A stretch of 64,000 bases of DNA. Source: Escherichia phage CJ20. Made by a program: the position numbers and the translations under genes. Position 1 is the first letter of the stretch; each line of letters starts with the position of its first letter. Below are positions 49,178-57,605 of the stretch, one piece after another. A model generated the notes under the pieces. It made no database searches, was not told where the DNA came from, and was given only the letters and a program-made list of their open reading frames with translations. The stretch lies in the sequence record MT533174.1. The stretch is one strand, 5' to 3'.

Positions 49178-49359
49178 GTTTAAGCATTAGTCAGAAAAGT
49201 AGATTATTTGAGCTTATCCATGAGCTTTTGGATGAGCATACAGAAGCAAACGCTTTTTATGATGAATACGGTCCAATAGATGCCGAACATCAGGAAGAAT
49301 TTGCCAATCGATTTGATGCGAAAGAAAACGAATTAATAGCTTATGTGAATACGCTTTAA
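49174..49359 (+). CDS. small acidic protein, 61 aa
   Basis: ATGA overlap with the previous gene (MSLSISQKSRLFELIHELLDEHTEANAFYDEYGPIDAEHQEEF...). Confidence 0.5.
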   Translation: MSLSISQKSRLFELIHELLDEHTEANAFYDEYGPIDAEHQEEFANRFDAKENELIAYVNTL

Positions 49360-49368
49360 GAAGGTGAT

Positions 49369-49941
49369 ATGGCGAGTTTAATTTATCATTACGCAGCAAT
49401 GAATGCAGGCAAAACAGCTTCATTGCTGACTGCAGCTTATTCCTATAAAGAGCGTGGAATGAGTGTGCTTTTGCTAAAACCTGTTATTGATAATCGGGAC
49501 TCGGAAGGCGAAATTAAATCACGCATCGGTATTAGCCAGGAAGCAAACCTGGTAACGGCCGACATGAACCTGTTTGAATTCTATAAATGGGCCGAGTCTC
49601 AAAAGGATATCCATTGTGTCCTGGTCGATGAAGCTCAATTTTTGTTACCAGAGCAAATTGACCAGTTAGCTCAAGTGGTTGATAATTACAATATCCCCGT
49701 TATGTGTTACGGGTTAAGAACAGATTTTCGGGGTCAATTATTTCCCGGTTCGGCCAGACTTCTGGCTATTTCGGATAAACTGGTTGAATTAAAGGGCGTC
49801 TGTCATTGCGGCCGGAAAGCAACCATGACCGCTCGAGTAATCGACGGTGCTGCTGTAAAGGACGGCGAGCAAGTGTTAGTCGGTGGGAATGAATCGTACG
49901 TATCTTTATGCAGGAAACATTGGCTCGAATTGACAAGCTGA
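49369..49941 (+). CDS. tk: thymidine kinase, T4 tk-like
   Basis: 190-aa ORF MASLIYHYAAMNAGKTASLL...VDEAQFL...CHCGRKATMTARV...VSLCRKHW closely matching my recall of T4 Tk. Confidence 0.93.
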   Translation: MASLIYHYAAMNAGKTASLLTAAYSYKERGMSVLLLKPVIDNRDSEGEIKSRIGISQEANLVTADMNLFEFYKWAESQKDIHCVLVDEAQFLLPEQIDQLAQVVDNYNIPVMCYGLRTDFRGQLFPGSARLLAISDKLVELKGVCHCGRKATMTARVIDGAAVKDGEQVLVGGNESYVSLCRKHWLELTS

Positions 49942-49948
49942 GGTTCGC

Positions 49949-50224
49949 ATGGTATACAAGGTTTGGACGTATATCTCTATTTTTGTTATTGCTGGAATTG
50001 CATTTATCCCCACACAAACAGATAGCGAGAGATATGAAAGGGAAATTGAAATAGTAGCAAGCACGTACCATTCTGTTAATAAAGAATGCCCGAATAAAAA
50101 TGGAATAAATTTACAAAAATCACATTATATGCTGACTGTTACTAGTCCAGTGCAAAGAATATGGGTTGATAGACATTTTTCTGATTTATTTGCAATGTAT
50201 TGTTTCAAATTTAAAAGATTATAA
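49949..50224 (+). CDS. small membrane-anchored protein, 91 aa
   Basis: ATG ORF with an N-terminal hydrophobic segment WTYISIFVIAGIAFIP; lies between tk and rI. Confidence 0.55.
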   Translation: MVYKVWTYISIFVIAGIAFIPTQTDSERYEREIEIVASTYHSVNKECPNKNGINLQKSHYMLTVTSPVQRIWVDRHFSDLFAMYCFKFKRL

Positions 50225-50226
50225 AT
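50219..50226 (+). promoter_or_regulatory. T4-type late promoter motif (TATAAATA) upstream of rI
   Basis: Exact TATAAATA at 50219-50226, 73 nt upstream of the rI ATG. Confidence 0.45.
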
Positions 50227-50298
50227 ACAGTTACTAACTAGTATTCCGCTATGTTAAGGCTGCAAAGCGTAATCATGACCAACAATAAGGAGTCCTTT

Positions 50299-50595
50299 AT
50301 GGACCTTATTCGAGGACTTTCTCTAAGTCTATTACTAATGGGCTGTTTGGGCCCAAACATGTCCTCTGCTACAGATGGTAAATTTACCCAGTATGCAGAT
50401 AGTGCGATGCAAATCTATTCGCAATTCAAAGAACCTAGCGTCGCGCAGTCCGAACAATTTTGGGCTTTTATTAAAACTGAATGGAACAATAAGAGTCAAT
50501 GTGTAAATGAAATCACATGTCAAATTGATGGCCGGGCTGCTGCAGTCGAATACGCTAAATTAATGAAGGTAAAATTGGAAGATGAAATTCGATGA
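50299..50595 (+). CDS. rI: lysis-inhibition regulator (periplasmic antiholin), T4 rI-like
   Basis: 98 codons from the ATG at 50299 after AAGGAG; signal-anchor N-terminus, then ...QSEQFWAFIKTEWNNKSQCVNEITCQIDGRAAAVEYAKLMKVKLE, which parallels T4 RI (...ESSEQFYSFMRTTYKNDPCSSDFECIERGAEMAQSYARIMNIKLE). Confidence 0.8.
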   Translation: MDLIRGLSLSLLLMGCLGPNMSSATDGKFTQYADSAMQIYSQFKEPSVAQSEQFWAFIKTEWNNKSQCVNEITCQIDGRAAAVEYAKLMKVKLEDEIR

Positions 50596-50965
50596 TTTCG
50601 TAACAGGTCGTGGGTCTGAGGTGGATTCATACATTGGGTGGCTATTAGTCTCTTTGGCTTATTTTAAATCCGCCCATCTTGAAACCAAAAGTTACGCCCG
50701 CCATAAAGCTTATGATTTCTACTTCACAGAAATCCAAGGTCCACTCGACCAGTTCAGTGAGCAATGGTTAGGTTACAGCGGGAAACAATACAAAGCTGCA
50801 TTACCGTCCGCCTCGGACTTGCCGAAAGATACAATTTTGTTTTTAGATGAAATGATTAAAAGCTCGGAAAGAGTCTATAAAGTTGTACCCAAGGCTATTC
50901 AATCGACTCTGGACGATATCGTTGGAGTTTTCTTTCAGACTAAGTATCTGTTAACATTAGAGTAA
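50582..50965 (+). CDS. hypothetical protein, 127 aa (at the T4 rI.-1 position)
   Basis: ATG ORF overlapping the rI stop (MKFDDFVTGRGSEVDSYIGWLLVSLAYFK...). Confidence 0.6.
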   Translation: MKFDDFVTGRGSEVDSYIGWLLVSLAYFKSAHLETKSYARHKAYDFYFTEIQGPLDQFSEQWLGYSGKQYKAALPSASDLPKDTILFLDEMIKSSERVYKVVPKAIQSTLDDIVGVFFQTKYLLTLE

Positions 50966-50971
50966 TTCAAA

Positions 50972-50998
50972 AGGTCTGCCTTCGGGTGGACCTTTTTT
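50972..50998 (+). terminator. rho-independent terminator
   Basis: AGGTCTGCC-TTCG-GGTGGACCT hairpin followed by TTTTTT. Confidence 0.7.
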
Positions 50999-51007
50999 CA
51001 TTTAGGG

Positions 51008-51037
51008 GTTTACATCCTCATCAAAAGGGTGTACTAT
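51008..51037 (+). promoter_or_regulatory. T4-type early promoter (PeSL-like cassette)
   Basis: -35 GTTTAC (51008-51013), 18-nt spacer, -10 TACTAT (51032-37), then ...TATCCCATCAACTACTGAGGAGAACACAATG. Confidence 0.5.
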
Positions 51038-51065
51038 TATCCCATCAACTACTGAGGAGAACACA

Positions 51066-51269
51066 ATGAGAATTAAAAATATCAAGATTGATGCAGTTAA
51101 TACTGGTGATGAGGTTGTTATCTATCTTAATGATTATGCAATCTTTATGGACAGTGCCACTGATGAAGAAGTGGTTGAACTCTTACAGAAAGCTCCATTT
51201 GAACTGTGTGAAGAAGATGCTACCCATCTTTCATCAGCAATTTTCTCATTATCATATGTGGTGGAATAA
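51066..51269 (+). CDS. small acidic protein, 67 aa
   Basis: ATG after GAGGAGAACACA (MRIKNIKIDAVNTGDEVVIYLNDYAIFMDSATDEEVVELL...). Confidence 0.55.
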   Translation: MRIKNIKIDAVNTGDEVVIYLNDYAIFMDSATDEEVVELLQKAPFELCEEDATHLSSAIFSLSYVVE

Positions 51270-51505
51270 TGAAACTTACAAATACCATGGTTTCATTGGA
51301 ATATGAAACCAATAATCATATTCTTGAAATTAAGATATTTGATGACAGAAGTATATTTGCTGATTACAGGGGATACAGAATCCGCCTGGAAAAGGAACAG
51401 CTTAAAGATGTTGAGCTTTTTAAAGAAACATTAAAAAGTTGTGGGTGTAAACTGAAAAATACTCAAGTCCAAGAATTAATTTCTACCATCAACAAATACT
51501 GGTGA
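51269..51505 (+). CDS. hypothetical protein, 78 aa
   Basis: ATGA overlap with the previous gene. Confidence 0.5.
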   Translation: MKLTNTMVSLEYETNNHILEIKIFDDRSIFADYRGYRIRLEKEQLKDVELFKETLKSCGCKLKNTQVQELISTINKYW

Positions 51506-51509
51506 TATT

Positions 51510-51692
51510 ATGTTAACTACTGAACAAATTGAAAAAATTATTAAACTCGCCTGGCATATTGAAAATGCATCTAATGACCTGGCAGTGGAATTATGTGAAG
51601 GCTATTCATATTCTGGAATAGAACAGTGTAAGCGTGATTTGAATAGTTCTAAAGCTAATTTGGTTGAGTATCTGAATGAGTTGAAAGAATAA
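51510..51692 (+). CDS. hypothetical protein, 60 aa
   Basis: ATG ORF directly after the previous gene. Confidence 0.45.
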   Translation: MLTTEQIEKIIKLAWHIENASNDLAVELCEGYSYSGIEQCKRDLNSSKANLVEYLNELKE

Positions 51693-51949
51693 TGGCTGTT
51701 GGATTTGCAAAAGATGGTGCTGAACAGTTAGAGATGGAAGCGGTTGTCCAAGCCGCTATCACCCATGCGAGAGCACAAGTTGCAGTTGAAAGGGAGTCTG
51801 CTGAATTCTGTTTTGACTGCGACGAAAAAATTCCTGAAGCGCGGAGACAAGCGATTAAAGGTGTGATATATTGTGTTGGTTGTCAATCAATGCATGATGA
51901 AATTTTTAAACGTGAGCCACGAAACTGTTGGCACAGGAGCATGAGATGA
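51692..51949 (+). CDS. TraR/DksA-family C4 zinc-finger protein, 85 aa
   Basis: CFDC-(17 aa)-CVGC spacing with IPEARRQAIKG between the Cys pairs, the hallmark of the TraR/DksA zinc ribbon. Confidence 0.7.
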   Translation: MAVGFAKDGAEQLEMEAVVQAAITHARAQVAVERESAEFCFDCDEKIPEARRQAIKGVIYCVGCQSMHDEIFKREPRNCWHRSMR

Positions 51950-52040
51950 TTTACTATCTTGAACCTTGGGCTTGGTTAACAATGGCTATAGGGCCTGTTT
52001 TAATTGGTTTATTCTTTTCATGGTTAGCGAGGAAACTGTA

Positions 52041-52256
52041 ATGTTGTATGACCCAAGTGGTAATTCTGAAAATGGTGTGATTGTTCTGGAACCTGAGCAT
52101 CCAGTTGGTGACGTATACCGCCCAGTTGAAGTGTGCGAATGTAATTTTGTTAAAGGTAATACTGGTGGGATTTCCATTGAGCAAGATGATGATGTTATTT
52201 ACCTGGATGCAAGCCAAGTAGAAGCGCTTTATAGTATTTTAAAACATAACCGTTGA
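52041..52256 (+). CDS. hypothetical protein, 71 aa
   Basis: ATG at 52041 after GAGGAAACTGTA (MLYDPSGNSENGVIVLEPEHPVGDVYRPVEVCECNF...); the ORF-track extension from 51966 is rejected. Confidence 0.5.
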   Translation: MLYDPSGNSENGVIVLEPEHPVGDVYRPVEVCECNFVKGNTGGISIEQDDDVIYLDASQVEALYSILKHNR

Positions 52257-52266
52257 GGAACAGAAA

Positions 52267-52827
52267 ATGATTATTGAAACAACTGAATTGTTTGGCGAAC
52301 TGACCGCTGAAGTAGTTAATAACGCAATTGAGCTTTGTCAAGAAGACGATAAAATCGTACTGACTATCGCTGATATTAAACCGCTTTATGATTTAATGGT
52401 TTTGGATAAAGATGAATATCTTAACGGTAGTTTTAGTGGTGTATTTGATATTAACGATGATGTATGCGCTCGCATTTATAAGCACGACGCTGGGTTTAAT
52501 ATTGAAACAGATGAAAAATGTCTGAGCATCAGCGATTCTGATAAATTCTTTGATTGTATTTTCAAACTGTTCCAGGAAGAATGCAAGCCAGAAGTTGAAT
52601 GGAAAGTCCCTGGTCAAGACGCACTGATTCGCTCTAGCGAAACGTTTGAAGGCGATGAAGAGGAATTAGATTATAATACTGAACTGACTGTGCATCAACA
52701 TAACGGCCGTGACTTGTTGTCCATTGTCCAAAGACATGACGGTGAAAGTGAAGTGGTATTTACTAAGGACGAGCTAAAAGTTTTAGTCTCTTATCTGAAC
52801 TCTGTTATCCCAACTATGAACTCTTAA
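52267..52827 (+). CDS. strongly acidic protein, 186 aa (estimated net charge about -28); candidate DNA-mimic-type protein
   Basis: ATG after GAGGAACAGAAA; by my count about 43 Asp/Glu versus about 15 Lys/Arg, spread along the whole sequence (MIIETTELFGELTAEVVNNAIELCQEDDK...). Confidence 0.65.
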   Translation: MIIETTELFGELTAEVVNNAIELCQEDDKIVLTIADIKPLYDLMVLDKDEYLNGSFSGVFDINDDVCARIYKHDAGFNIETDEKCLSISDSDKFFDCIFKLFQEECKPEVEWKVPGQDALIRSSETFEGDEEELDYNTELTVHQHNGRDLLSIVQRHDGESEVVFTKDELKVLVSYLNSVIPTMNS

Positions 52828-52837
52828 GGAAAATATT

Positions 52838-53290
52838 ATGATTATCAATTCAAACTCTTGGCACGTTAAATTACATGACCGTTTTTATGACCGTCATTCT
52901 CGACCACACTCTCTGTGCGCTTATTTCTGGAAAATGGTTTGGGCTTGTTTCGTTTGTGCTATTGTTGCAGGTGGTACGCTTTTTGGATTAACTGTTGCAG
53001 GAGCTAGTGTATTAGAGCATTTCTTTGTATTAAGTACTCCTGTTCTGTTGAGTCTCGGGTTTGTTTTAGGGTTGGTTGCAATAGCTCTTATTATTGCGAT
53101 ATCCATTGGTTTGGCCTTCGGTGCGATGAATTTACACGCGTGGTATGATTTACATAAAGAAGAAAAGGAATGGCAACGTATTAAAGCCAAACGTGAAGGA
53201 AAGGAAATTAAAGAAAACATCGTTATCCAATACATTAAAGCTCGTAAATCTAAGATGTGTCCGGTAATCCATTTTGAGGCGAAGAAATGA
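52838..53290 (+). CDS. polytopic small membrane protein, 150 aa
   Basis: ATG ORF with at least three hydrophobic helices (FWKMVWACFVCAIVAGGTLFGLTVAGA, VLLSLGFVLGLVAIALIIAISIGLAFGA). Confidence 0.65.
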   Translation: MIINSNSWHVKLHDRFYDRHSRPHSLCAYFWKMVWACFVCAIVAGGTLFGLTVAGASVLEHFFVLSTPVLLSLGFVLGLVAIALIIAISIGLAFGAMNLHAWYDLHKEEKEWQRIKAKREGKEIKENIVIQYIKARKSKMCPVIHFEAKK

Positions 53291-54297
53291 GAACAGTTAT
53301 GAAAGGCTACTTCGGTAGCCATCTTTATGGAACAAGTACTCCGGAATCTGATGTCGATTTTAAAGAAATCTTTGTTCCTCATCCGCGAGATATCCTGCTC
53401 GGGACCGCGATGAACCATACCAACCTGAACACGAATAACACGGCTACCAAAAATACAAAAGATGATGTTGACCATGAACTTTATAGTCTGAAATATTTCT
53501 TTAAACTGGCAGCCGAAGGCGAAACCGTTGCTCTGGACATGATTCACACACCGGCTGACCTGGTTGTCAAATCCGATTTACCAGATGTATGGAAGTTTAT
53601 CCAGGATAACCGTTCACGGTTCTATACAACTAACATGAAAGCCTATTTGGGGTATGTCCGTAAGCAAGCTTCTAAGTATGGTGTTAAAGGTTCTCGATTG
53701 GCTGCACTGCGTGGTGTACTGGCAATTGTTAACCAGATTCCTGAACAGTGGGTCGATTATCAAGAAGATGGTTCTACTAAGCAACGACGTACTAAGGTAG
53801 AAGATATCAAACACCGGCTCCCTGAAAACGAGTTCTGTGAATGGGTATTTCATAACCATGAGAAAACAGGTCCTCAAACATTCTATACTGTTCTCGGTCG
53901 TAAATACCAAACTACCCTGTCTTTAATCGAGCTCAAGCAGTCTCTGAATAAACTTGATGCCGAATATGGTGAACGTGCTCGTAAGGCTGAAGCCAATGAA
54001 GGTATTGACTGGAAAGCTCTGAGTCATGCTTATCGTGCCGGATACCAGTTGAAGGAAATCTATCAAACTGGTGACCTCCAATATCCTTTACGTACAGCAC
54101 CGTTTATCCTTGAAATCAAACAAGGGCTTCATGCTTTTAAAGATGTACAGGCCGAACTTGAAGCTATCGTTGATGAAGTCGAAACTAATGCCATCTGGGC
54201 CGCTAAGAATGGTATGCCTGAGAAGGTAGACATGAAGTTCTGGGACAAGTTCGTTGAAGAGGTATACCTTGACAACCACAATTCCTATTATCGTTAA
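53287..54297 (+). CDS. Pol-beta-superfamily nucleotidyltransferase-like protein, 336 aa
   Basis: N-terminal hG[GS]x(10)DhDh signature (YFGSHLYGTSTPESDVDF) typical of minimal nucleotidyltransferases, followed by a helical domain of about 300 aa; ATGA overlap with the previous gene. Confidence 0.7.
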   Translation: MRTVMKGYFGSHLYGTSTPESDVDFKEIFVPHPRDILLGTAMNHTNLNTNNTATKNTKDDVDHELYSLKYFFKLAAEGETVALDMIHTPADLVVKSDLPDVWKFIQDNRSRFYTTNMKAYLGYVRKQASKYGVKGSRLAALRGVLAIVNQIPEQWVDYQEDGSTKQRRTKVEDIKHRLPENEFCEWVFHNHEKTGPQTFYTVLGRKYQTTLSLIELKQSLNKLDAEYGERARKAEANEGIDWKALSHAYRAGYQLKEIYQTGDLQYPLRTAPFILEIKQGLHAFKDVQAELEAIVDEVETNAIWAAKNGMPEKVDMKFWDKFVEEVYLDNHNSYYR

Positions 54298-54303
54298 ATT
54301 CTA

Positions 54304-54327
54304 AGGACCCTTCGGGGTCCTTTTTTA
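54304..54327 (+). terminator. rho-independent terminator
   Basis: GGACCC-TTCG-GGGTCC hairpin followed by TTTTTT. Confidence 0.75.
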
Positions 54328-54341
54328 TTTTAAAAAAAGTA

Positions 54342-54371
54342 GTGTACAACCAGATGGTCATGAGGCATAAT
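54342..54371 (+). promoter_or_regulatory. T4-type early promoter (PeSL-like cassette with conserved leader)
   Basis: -35 GTGTAC (54342-54347), 18-nt spacer, -10 CATAAT (54366-54371), then GATTCCATACTGAGTTACCAAATAAAAACGGAGAATAAAATG. Confidence 0.6.
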
Positions 54372-54410
54372 GATTCCATACTGAGTTACCAAATAAAAAC
54401 GGAGAATAAA

Positions 54411-54617
54411 ATGTTAGAATTAATCAAAGCTGCTGGTGAAAAAGGTCTGATGGTTAACACTCGTGACCCTGAACAACGTCAAGCATTTGGCGAGTTAAAA
54501 GCCAAAGGTCTGGTTAAAGCATCCCTTGGTATTGGTAATGCTTTGCGTGTGACTTTGACCCCTGCAGGTAAAGCAATGTTCTTCCCTAAACCATTACCAA
54601 AACGTCGTCGCAAGTGA
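54411..54617 (+). CDS. small basic protein, 68 aa
   Basis: ATG at 54411 after the conserved leader (MLELIKAAGEKGLMVNTRDPEQRQAF...LPKRRRK). Confidence 0.55.
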   Translation: MLELIKAAGEKGLMVNTRDPEQRQAFGELKAKGLVKASLGIGNALRVTLTPAGKAMFFPKPLPKRRRK

Positions 54618-54623
54618 GGAATT

Positions 54624-54926
54624 ATGAAAAAGTATGAACTTGACATGATTGAGGCATGTCTGAAATCTGCTGACCATTTTAAGTTGAAAATGCACAAGTT
54701 AAGAGGAATGGTCAAAACTCCAGAAGAGAAGAAGCGATACGCTCTAAAGGAGAAATGTAAAGCTCTTATCATGATGGATAAGCTGCAAATGGTCGCCGCA
54801 GAAGCCCACAGGACGCGTAAAGCTGAGGCCCTTGGTGTTTATATGGCAGAGCAGCTCCATCGCGCACAGCAAGCCGTTAAGAGCGTCTGGTTCAGCGGTG
54901 AAAATACTGAAAGAACTTTTAATTAA
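54624..54926 (+). CDS. hypothetical protein, 100 aa
   Basis: ATG after GAGGAATT (MKKYELDMIEACLKSADHFKLKMHKLRG...). Confidence 0.55.
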   Translation: MKKYELDMIEACLKSADHFKLKMHKLRGMVKTPEEKKRYALKEKCKALIMMDKLQMVAAEAHRTRKAEALGVYMAEQLHRAQQAVKSVWFSGENTERTFN

Positions 54927-54929
54927 ATG

Positions 54930-54959
54930 TTGTACATAGTATGGGGATAGACGTATAAT
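54930..54959 (+). promoter_or_regulatory. T4-type early promoter with stem-loop (PeSL-like cassette with conserved leader)
   Basis: -35 TTGTAC (54930-54935), 18-nt spacer, -10 TATAAT (54954-54959) within GGGGATAgacgTATAATGTTCCC, then CATACTGAGTTACCAAATACTGGAGAATAAAATG. Confidence 0.6.
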
Positions 54960-54995
54960 GTTCCCATACTGAGTTACCAAATACTGGAGAATAAA

Positions 54996-55520
54996 ATGGA
55001 CGCAAAATCAATCTTTAATCTGATTAATTACAATAATGGTAATTTTAAATCAGAAGCACAAAGTAAGTTCTTTAATGATGTTGCTTGTGCGGGTGAGATT
55101 ACAGTATCAGGTGGTCAAACTTATAAAAACGCCTGGAACTGGATTGTGACTGTTGATTCAGTTGGTATTGTTGATGTGTATAAAAACACCAACAAAAACC
55201 GCTCTTTGTTCTGGTCAAGAGAGACTAATGCAGAATATCAAGCGGCAAGAGCGAAGAAAAATATGCCTACTGAATCTGATGTACAAAACATCAAATCAGA
55301 TATCCAATATTATGATGGTCTGATTGCTGAACAACAAGCGGTGCTTGATAAGTTCAATGAAATCAAGGCGTGTAAAGAGATTCCTGAATTCATGAGGGAA
55401 TCAGTTAATGAACAATACAATCTCACTTCAGAGCGTATTGAAACCTATACCAAACAAAGAGCAGAGCGCCAGGTACTCCTTCAGAAGTTTGAAGAGCGTT
55501 TAAAGACGGTTCTCGCATAA
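54996..55520 (+). CDS. hypothetical protein, 174 aa, C-terminal coiled coil
   Basis: ATG after the conserved leader (MDAKSIFNLINYNNGNFKSEAQSKFFNDVACAG...). Confidence 0.6.
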   Translation: MDAKSIFNLINYNNGNFKSEAQSKFFNDVACAGEITVSGGQTYKNAWNWIVTVDSVGIVDVYKNTNKNRSLFWSRETNAEYQAARAKKNMPTESDVQNIKSDIQYYDGLIAEQQAVLDKFNEIKACKEIPEFMRESVNEQYNLTSERIETYTKQRAERQVLLQKFEERLKTVLA

Positions 55521-55546
55521 ACGCTTTATACCAAGGATGGTATAAT
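55517..55546 (+). promoter_or_regulatory. probable early promoter (weaker -35)
   Basis: -10 TATAAT at 55541-55546 preceded by CCAAGGATGG (the same spacer motif as the promoter at 57549); the -35 region ATAAAC matches poorly. Confidence 0.35.
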
Positions 55547-55583
55547 GGTTCTGACCTTTGATTAATCTATTGAGGAAATTATT

Positions 55584-56429
55584 ATGTCGCAAGCAATTAA
55601 TGAAATTCGTTCTGAAGTTAAAAAAGTTGTTAAATTTAACAGCATTCCAAGCACTAAAGATGTGGTTTTAAAGGTTCTATATATGATGTGGGATAAGTTC
55701 AATGTTTGTACTAATTCTGCTGAATTCACTAAAATCTTTGAAAAGACCAAAGGCCTTCTTACATTAGAAGACCGAGTCATGAAATCTCTTCATCGTTCAG
55801 GTATGTTGTCTCGTGCTAATGCTAAAATTCTACTTAAAAATTATAACAAAGGCTATGACCTTTATGGTCGTGCGATTAGCACCATGACGTTTGATGAAGT
55901 GGTTAAAGACCTTTGGAAGAACCAACGACGTTTACTGGCTCTTGGTGCTCGTTTGGCAAGCGGTCAAGATAAACAAATGACCTTTAAAACCAATAATTCT
56001 TTAGATTATAAACTATTTAATGTTATTAAAGGTCAAAATGAAGGCGAATACAGTATTTCTTCTTTTAGTGGATGTCAATACGAAAACTGGAAATTCCACC
56101 TCCGTTTGGCTTTGTCTGAACTCGAACATCATGGGGTTCTTACCTTTTATGATGTTAAAACTGGAGGCGTCCAGCGTATTAAACTATGTCAAATTAAAGA
56201 CCGAGTTGAAGTCAGTCCTTCAGAACAAGCTCCTAAAATGGAACAGGTTCCAGTGCGAAGCAATGAAAAATATTCAGAGCAAATTGAGCTTTTCACTAAA
56301 CAGATTGAAGAACTTAACATCACCATCCAGCAGCAAGATGATGAAATTTTCCGCCTGACAGGATTGAACAGTGCAGCGAAAGCTGAACGTCAGAAACTGA
56401 TGAACGTTATTGAATTGCTTAAGGATTAA
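55584..56429 (+). CDS. hypothetical protein, 281 aa, C-terminal coiled coil
   Basis: ATG after GAGGAAATTATT (MSQAINEIRSEVKKVVKFNSIPSTKD...). Confidence 0.65.
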   Translation: MSQAINEIRSEVKKVVKFNSIPSTKDVVLKVLYMMWDKFNVCTNSAEFTKIFEKTKGLLTLEDRVMKSLHRSGMLSRANAKILLKNYNKGYDLYGRAISTMTFDEVVKDLWKNQRRLLALGARLASGQDKQMTFKTNNSLDYKLFNVIKGQNEGEYSISSFSGCQYENWKFHLRLALSELEHHGVLTFYDVKTGGVQRIKLCQIKDRVEVSPSEQAPKMEQVPVRSNEKYSEQIELFTKQIEELNITIQQQDDEIFRLTGLNSAAKAERQKLMNVIELLKD

Positions 56430-56430
56430 T

Positions 56431-56646
56431 ATGACCATTTTTATTATCAGTATTATTTTTGGTTATCTTTTGACGGGATTTATTACTACCCTATTGCTCC
56501 ACAAGTTTGATAGTCCCTACGAAAGTGGGGACGAGTATGATGCAGTGTTCACTACATTTGCATGGCCTTTGTTTTGGATAATCGCTGTTATAATGTTTGT
56601 GACCTGGCCTTTTGCTAAACTCTATGAAAAATTATTTGGATTATGA
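56431..56646 (+). CDS. small membrane protein, 71 aa, two predicted TM helices
   Basis: ATG at 56431 after AAGGATTAAT (MTIFIISIIFGYLLTGFITTLLL...FAWPLFWIIAVIMFVTWPF); the ORF-track start at 56410 lies inside the previous gene. Confidence 0.55.
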   Translation: MTIFIISIIFGYLLTGFITTLLLHKFDSPYESGDEYDAVFTTFAWPLFWIIAVIMFVTWPFAKLYEKLFGL

Positions 56647-56647
56647 T

Positions 56648-57547
56648 ATGAAAATTAAAACTCGTGCTGAATATGCTAGTAGTTATGAACCACATGACGG
56701 TCGTGTGACTCGTCTTATCGCAATGAATTCTTTGGTTAACTTTGGCAAAATTAAATCAGGTTCTGCCACCCAGGGGTATGGACAACGTATTGTAAAGATT
56801 GATTCTTTGAATGATTACTGCCGCCGCCCGGCGTTTTTGTTTGGTGCCACGGTTCGTAAGAGTATCAAGGAAATTCTGGCCGGTGGATTTCGTATTCGCA
56901 AAGCTCCGGTTAACATCAAGAACTATAATTTTAACTCTGACAACTTGATTATCAATATCAAGAATGATGGTATACAGATTAAGTTCAAACCAACCACCAA
57001 GGGCGATGTTGCTCTTTGCCATAACTTTAAAGAGGTTATGGGTATTGCACTGTTTTATATGCGTCATGCTGTTGAATCTTACACGTTTGATGAAGATACA
57101 AATTATATCCACCAAACGGAAAAATTCCTCAAAACTATAGTCATTGATATTAAATTAACTAAAGAATATCTTTTGTCTTATGCTCCTTATCAAGAGAAAA
57201 ATGAACCAGAAGAGGAAAAGGAACCAGAAATGGAACGTATCCCTACCGCATCATATGGCCCAGCATTTGCAGGTCAATTTAAATCTTATGACCAGACTAA
57301 AATTTCACCACATGACGTTAAAAATATGTACAAATGGAACGTCCAGCCAAACAGCTCTCTTGAAATCTTTAACCCACCAATGAAGCCTATTGAGAGCTAT
57401 CATGCTGATGCTATCCGGGAATCAGTTAACCGCTTAAATGGTCTGATTGAAGATGAGAAAAAGGGTATCCAGGATGTTCTGAATCGCATCAAGAATATGG
57501 AAAAACAACGCAATAAATTGCAAGCTGCAATCAAAGCATTAAAATAA
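56648..57547 (+). CDS. hypothetical protein, 299 aa, C-terminal coiled coil
   Basis: ATG at 56648 (MKIKTRAEYASSYEPHDGRVTRLIAMNSLVNFG...). Confidence 0.65.
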   Translation: MKIKTRAEYASSYEPHDGRVTRLIAMNSLVNFGKIKSGSATQGYGQRIVKIDSLNDYCRRPAFLFGATVRKSIKEILAGGFRIRKAPVNIKNYNFNSDNLIINIKNDGIQIKFKPTTKGDVALCHNFKEVMGIALFYMRHAVESYTFDEDTNYIHQTEKFLKTIVIDIKLTKEYLLSYAPYQEKNEPEEEKEPEMERIPTASYGPAFAGQFKSYDQTKISPHDVKNMYKWNVQPNSSLEIFNPPMKPIESYHADAIRESVNRLNGLIEDEKKGIQDVLNRIKNMEKQRNKLQAAIKALK

Positions 57548-57548
57548 T

Positions 57549-57578
57549 GTTTACTTCCAAGGATGGAGGGAGTATAAT
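57549..57578 (+). promoter_or_regulatory. T4-type early promoter (PeSL-like cassette)
   Basis: -35 GTTTAC (57549-57554), 18-nt spacer, -10 TATAAT (57573-57578); RBS GAGGAGAACAC before the ATG at 57606. Confidence 0.6.
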
Positions 57579-57605
57579 GAATTCCTACTTTATGAGGAGA
57601 ACACT

